A DNA stretch of 64,000 bases from Leucoraja erinacea. Its lineage: Eukaryota. The notes beneath the pieces are model-generated. The model was not told the origin of the DNA and searched no databases. It saw nothing but the letters and a program-made list of their open reading frames with translations. This document shows, piece by piece, positions 59,545 through 64,000 of the stretch; within the stretch, counting starts at the first letter, position 1, and each line of letters starts with the position of its first letter. A program made the translations under genes and the position numbers. The stretch spans positions 18,042,001-18,106,000 of the forward strand of contig NC_073395.1 of NCBI RefSeq assembly GCF_028641065.1, read 5' to 3'.

Positions 59545-59662
59545 CCCACGCCCCCTGCGCGCCCCCGAACCGCCGCGTCCCCGCGCCCCCGAACCCGCCG
59601 CGTCCCCGCGCCCCCTGCGCGCCCCCGAACCCGCCGCGTCGCCACGCCCCTTGCGCGCCCCC
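59545..59662. repeat. GC-rich tandem repeat (cgcgcccccgaacccgccgcgtcc-type unit) upstream of the ABTB3-like ATG
   Basis: Three to four imperfect copies. Confidence 0.75.
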
Positions 59663-59933
59663 AATACGGTCCCCAAGCCATCAGCGCGCTCCCGCTCTGC
59701 CTCTGCGCGCTCCCGATCACGTCCCCACTTACCCTGCGCGCTCCTGACCAATCACCGCACCCGCCATCCTCTGATTGGACGTGGTCTGGCCAATGGGCGT
59801 CGGGGCGGGCATGGAGTCGGACTGCCATTGGTTGAGGAATTTAAAGGGACCTCCGGGCAGACCTCCGCCACCGGCTGATTGGTCAGAAGTTGTTTAAAGG
59901 ATTGGGACCCGAGGCTGTACTTGATCAATAGAA

Positions 59934-60140
59934 TATTTAAGAAGGAACTGCAGATGCTGGAAAATCGAAGGTACGCAAAAAAAAAGCTGGAGACACTCAG
60001 CGGGTGCAGCAGCATCTATGGAGCAAAGGAGAAAGGAACGTTTCGGGCTGAAGAAGGGTTTCGGCCCGAAACGTTGCCTTTTTTCCTTTGCTCCATAGAT
60101 GCTGCTGCACCCGCTGAGTTTCTCCAGCTTTTTTGCGTAC
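59934..60140. mobile_element. Penelope-derived fold-back element with 14-bp TSD, inside the ABTB3/CRY divergent promoter
   Basis: Nearly identical inverted arms; cttgatcaatagaa at 59920-59933 and 60141-60154. Confidence 0.85.
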
Positions 60141-60512
60141 CTTGATCAATAGAAAATAGGTGCGGAGTAGGCCATTCGGCCCTTCGAGCCAGCACCGCTA
60201 TTCAATATGATCATGGCTGATGCGCTAAATATCAGTATCCCGATCCTGCTTGTTGCCCAGATCCCTTGATTCCCTCAGCCCTAAAGCGAAATCTAACTCT
60301 CACTTGAAAACATCCAATGAATTGGCCTCCACTGCCTTCCGTGGCAGAAAATTCATCAGATTCAGTAGGCTCTGTAGGCGGGGCCGTGGCTGTAAGGGGG
60401 AGGAGGAGGGGCGTGGCTGCAGGCGGGGCCATATTTGTGGGCAGGGTCTTATTTGTGGGCGTGCCATGTACTCGGCGGGGATCGTTGGAGCGGCTGGTCC
60501 CTGCATTAAGCC

Positions 60513-63195
60513 ATGGGCTGCAACTCCATCCACTGGTTCCGCAAAGGACTCCGTCTGCACGATAACCCGGCGCTGCTGGAGTCGGTGCAGGGTGTCGGCA
60601 CCATCCGCTGCGTCTACATCGTGGACCCGTGGTTCGCGGGCACCTCCAGCCTGGCCATCAACCGCTGGGGGTGGGTACACGTCGCGGGTAGGCCCGCTCG
60701 CCGCGCCATCGCGTTACCATGGAGACTGGCCCCGGCCCGAGCCCCTCTCTCCCAGCCGGAGGCTCCCCCACCCCCACCCACGGCTGCTCTCCCACACCCC
60801 GTCCCGAACCGCTCTCCCACGTCGGTCCGGCCCCAGCCGCTCCATCTCACCGCCGGCCCAAGCCGCTCCTCCCCACCCCGGTTCGCTCTCCACCCGGCAC
60901 CACAACACCGGTTCCTGCCCCCAGCTCTCTCTGTCAAATCCCCGCCAAGCAGGGAATCGCGAAGGAGTATTGTGAAGACCAGGGAGGCAGTGTATGATTG
61001 GTGTTTGTTTATTATTGTATTCTCGGATTTCCTTTTTAAGCTGAGATGCAGGGAAGACCTTTTAAATATGTATAATTGTGACCATCATAAATTCCGCGGA
61101 TGCTGGCAACCTGGAACCAAAGCGCACGGCTGCAAATTCTCCTCCCCCTCTCTCTCTCCGCAGACGCCGTCTGACCCATGGAACATTTATATAAAACATT
61201 TTGTATGAACACCTGACGGAGACGGTCTTTTAGTAAATCAGGGAGCATAAATTAAAATGATTTGGCGGGGGGCGCTGCAAACACATTTTCCTGAACGCTG
61301 TTGGGGTCTGGTAATAGCTGCCAGAAGGCAGAACGCCTCGCCATGTTTAAAATGTTCTCGTGTCTTTACTTAAACTGCTGTGAACTTAGTGCGGAAAGAC
61401 TAGTTGCTCTTACGACGGGCATAAAGGCAGTGTCAAATGGCAGCTAATCCTGCAACCAATCACATTTTCTCTGTGTTATAAAGCGCACTTCCAAATTTGG
61501 AAGGTTTCTATAGTTGGAAGGAATCTATAGCTTTTTCTCCACACAAATGCTGCACCAATTAGTCTATTTCTATATTTAGTCCTGACCCATTCCTCTACTA
61601 ATTTTCCATTATTCTCACAAAATTCTTAACAGCCTCCCCCCCTCCCCCCAACTTGAACACTGGGACAATTTAAGTGACCAGTTAACCAACTAAGCTGTCA
61701 AATATTCAACCTGAAACTTCTCTGTCTTATTTAAAGCCATTGTATGCCATCCCTATAATACTTGCTGCTAAGTGTCTCAACCTCTAATGAGATGATTGAC
61801 AAAACATTCATTCTGTTTCACTCTTCACTACAGCTACCTAATGAGAATTGCTAGTATTTCCTGTTTTCATTTCAGTTTTCTGGCATCTGTAGGATTTTTT
61901 GTTGTGTTCCTGCTCCTCAGGGCTGGGCTGTGGCTCTGTTGACTGTCTTCAGTTACATGTGTTGTGAGCTTATATAACAGTGATGGTGCAACCCAATTCC
62001 TGAGAGCACATCTCAAACTGCAAATGTCATCTGTTCCTTGATTCCCCTACAATGGTCAAGAGACTCTGTGCATCTACGCGATCTATTCCTCGCATGAATT
62101 TGGATTCTTCTATAAGATCACTCCTCATCCTCCTCTGCTTCAAGGAATAGATACTCAGCCTACTCAACCTCTCCCCATAGCTCACACCCTCTCGTCCTAG
62201 CAACTTGAAAATAGGACAATTTTCCCCATAGGCTATATTGTCAATGTAAATTATACAAACATGCATCCAAACACCGCGTGTCCCATGAGACAGCCTATCC
62301 CCTAAGAATCTGTTTATTTCTGCTCTTTTTATCCATAAAATAACTTTCAATTCACACTGGTACATAATACCCATTGTTTGTGTATAACCTTGGAGGGTGT
62401 TACATAGCTGCTGCCTCAAACGCAAGAAGAAGTGTGCAACCTTGTCAAATGCCATAAAATCCAAATATTTCACATTCACTGGTTCCCCTAATGTTCTGCT
62501 GGTCACTTCCTCAGAACTCCAGAAGAATATTTAAACATTCCATAATTCCTTGATTACTTTCATAATTCCTTAATTCCTTCATCTGATTACTCTTGCAGAG
62601 TTACATAGAATAAGTCGTTCCACCAACCATGTCTGTGCTGAACTTGATGCCTAATTAAACTAATCCCTGCTGCCTGCAGTTCCAGCGCTATATTCTTAAT
62701 GTAGATTACAGCAGATTCCTACTACTGCATTACTCTAATATGTTGTTTCCCTCTTTTAAATAATGGGATCTCATTTCCAACCCACAGGAACAATTCTAGA
62801 ACCTAACAACCTTTGAAGAAAATAACATGAAAATTCATGATCTCTAAAGGCACCTCTTTTCAAACTCTGAGATGTATTAAGCAGTTTATGGGAACTTTCT
62901 ATGAAATGGGGAGTAGGTGCTGGAATGGAAGGTTGGTCACCGAACCATGGAGGAAAGAGTTATTTGAATTGGGAACAGATTGAATAAGGAAGGAGAATTA
63001 ACTAGTTTCAAATACGAGGAAGTTCCCTGTGTCATTATTGGAATGTTTTGAATTGACTGCTGTTCATCTTTGAGCTTGGCCTTCAGGTTCTTGCTACAAT
63101 GCCTTGAGGATCTTGACACAAATCTGCGGAAGTTAAACTCTCGCCTGTTTGTCATACGTGGACAGCCAGCTGATGTCTTTCCCAGATTGTTCAAG
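60513..63195 (+). CDS. CRY1: Cryptochrome-1-like (vertebrate repressor-type CRY), coding exons 1-2; the gene continues beyond the window
   Basis: Exon 1 is 60513-60670 (158 nt; [21 protein letters not shown]...[18 protein letters not shown]) with donor gtgggt. Exon 2 is 63087-63195 (109 nt; [36 protein letters not shown]), flanked by cttcag and gtgtgt. It lacks the CRY2 N-terminal extension; CRY1 versus a CRY1-like paralog is unresolved. Confidence 0.85.
62025..62510 (-). mobile_element. CR1 fragments in CRY intron 1
   Basis: [10 protein letters not shown] and [23 protein letters not shown] remnants. Confidence 0.6.
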
Positions 63196-63629
63196 GTGTG
63201 TAGTTTTTACATATATTTCATGGCGTAAAAGACTGGATTTAATGAGTTTGAGCAATATGTATCCATTTTTCCATTTAATTTAAAAATATATCGGTACTGT
63301 GTTACCTAATAATCTTGGCTGGTTCCAGAGATATTTTCCACTGCTGCTTCAGATAACTGAAATTGACCAAAATGCATGCAATTATGCAGTGGCTGCAATA
63401 TCACAGCTCTGATTAGCTTTAAATGAACAGGGGGAGCTTCTGTGTACTGCCAACAAAACTAATGTAGGATGAATCTGAAGCATAATTCCCAAAGAATGTT
63501 GAGATGCACATGCCAATATTAAAGCTTGAATTAAAACATTGGTTTGTATAAATTAGTATCGCCTGTCATGACGGTGGCTGTGAAATAAATCTTTAGTGAA
63601 TCGTGTATACTATATAATTATTGCTATAT

Positions 63630-63825
63630 TGTTTAGTTTAGAGATAGCACGGAAACAGGCCCTTCAGCCCACCGAGCACGGCACACTAACACTATCCTTA
63701 CTCTGGGGACCATTTACTAAACTGATTAACCTAAAAATCTGTACATCTTTGGAGTGTGGGAGGAAACCAGACATCCCAAAGAGAACCCATGCAGGTCATG
63801 GGAAGAACATACAAACTCTGTACAT
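63630..63825 (-). mobile_element. tRNA-derived SINE 3' part, followed by a Rex1-like fragment to the window end
   Basis: gtttagtttagagatagcacggaaacaggccc...ggagtgtgggaggaaacc. Confidence 0.6.
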
Positions 63826-64000
63826 AAAGCACTCAGCAGGACTGGTTCAGAACATCTATAGCTCTGGGATGAAGCTGTTCCTAAGTCTGGAGATGCGGGC
63901 GTTGAAGGCCTTGTAACGTCTGCCAGATGGTAGAAGTTCGAACAGACTATTGAAATGGTGTGAGGAATCTGTGATGGAGGCAAAAGTCTTAGTCTCTGTC

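Larger units (their letters stand above)
59465..60512. promoter_or_regulatory. Divergent (bidirectional) CpG-rich promoter region between ABTB3-like and CRY1-like
   Basis: Six CCAAT/ATTGG boxes at 59748, 59774, 59790, 59827, 59878 and 59901. GC boxes (GGCGGGGC, GGGGCGTGGC) at about 60375-60465. CpG-rich on both sides. Confidence 0.7.

Noticed and set aside
59724-59735. Minus-strand splice donor cagg|gtaagt suggesting an upstream ABTB exon
   Set aside because: It sits next to the CCAAT cluster and there is no strong acceptor before the ATG; unsupported without RNA data.
60671-61208. 231-aa ORF continuing past CRY exon 1
   Set aside because: It reads through into GC-rich intron 1; homology stops at the donor and resumes at 63087.
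61575-61980. RORE-like (ggaatgggtca, minus strand) and D-box-like (ttatataa) motifs in CRY intron 1
   Set aside because: They are imperfect single matches expected by chance.

Overview
Vertebrate genomic DNA, not prokaryotic. The repeats (CR1/HER1-type LINEs with (TTTCTATG)n tails, tRNA-derived SINEs, Penelope elements, Rex1) point to a cartilaginous fish, probably a skate or ray (inference). Four genes were reconstructed by hand from splice sites and from recalled homology to human proteins. (1) PWP1, minus strand, exons 1-10 at 19461->958; the remaining exons lie left of the window. (2) A C1QTNF4-like gene with one coding exon and tandem C1q domains (10605-11675, +), nested antisense in the 12-kb intron 9 of PWP1. 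(3) A divergent, compact 17-exon ABTB3/BTBD11-like gene (59464->23259, -) with two exon-end frame breaks, probably assembly indels. (4) Exons 1-2 of a CRY1-like cryptochrome (60513-63195, +), head-to-head with the ABTB3-like gene, start codons about 1 kb apart. Most six-frame ORFs are spurious, repeat-derived or low-complexity. The most notable non-genic signal is a family of short Penelope-derived fold-back insertions with 11-14 bp target duplications and hammerhead-ribozyme-like cores; two copies also carry inverted duplications of flanking DNA. No databases were run, so orthology and novelty statements are inferences.
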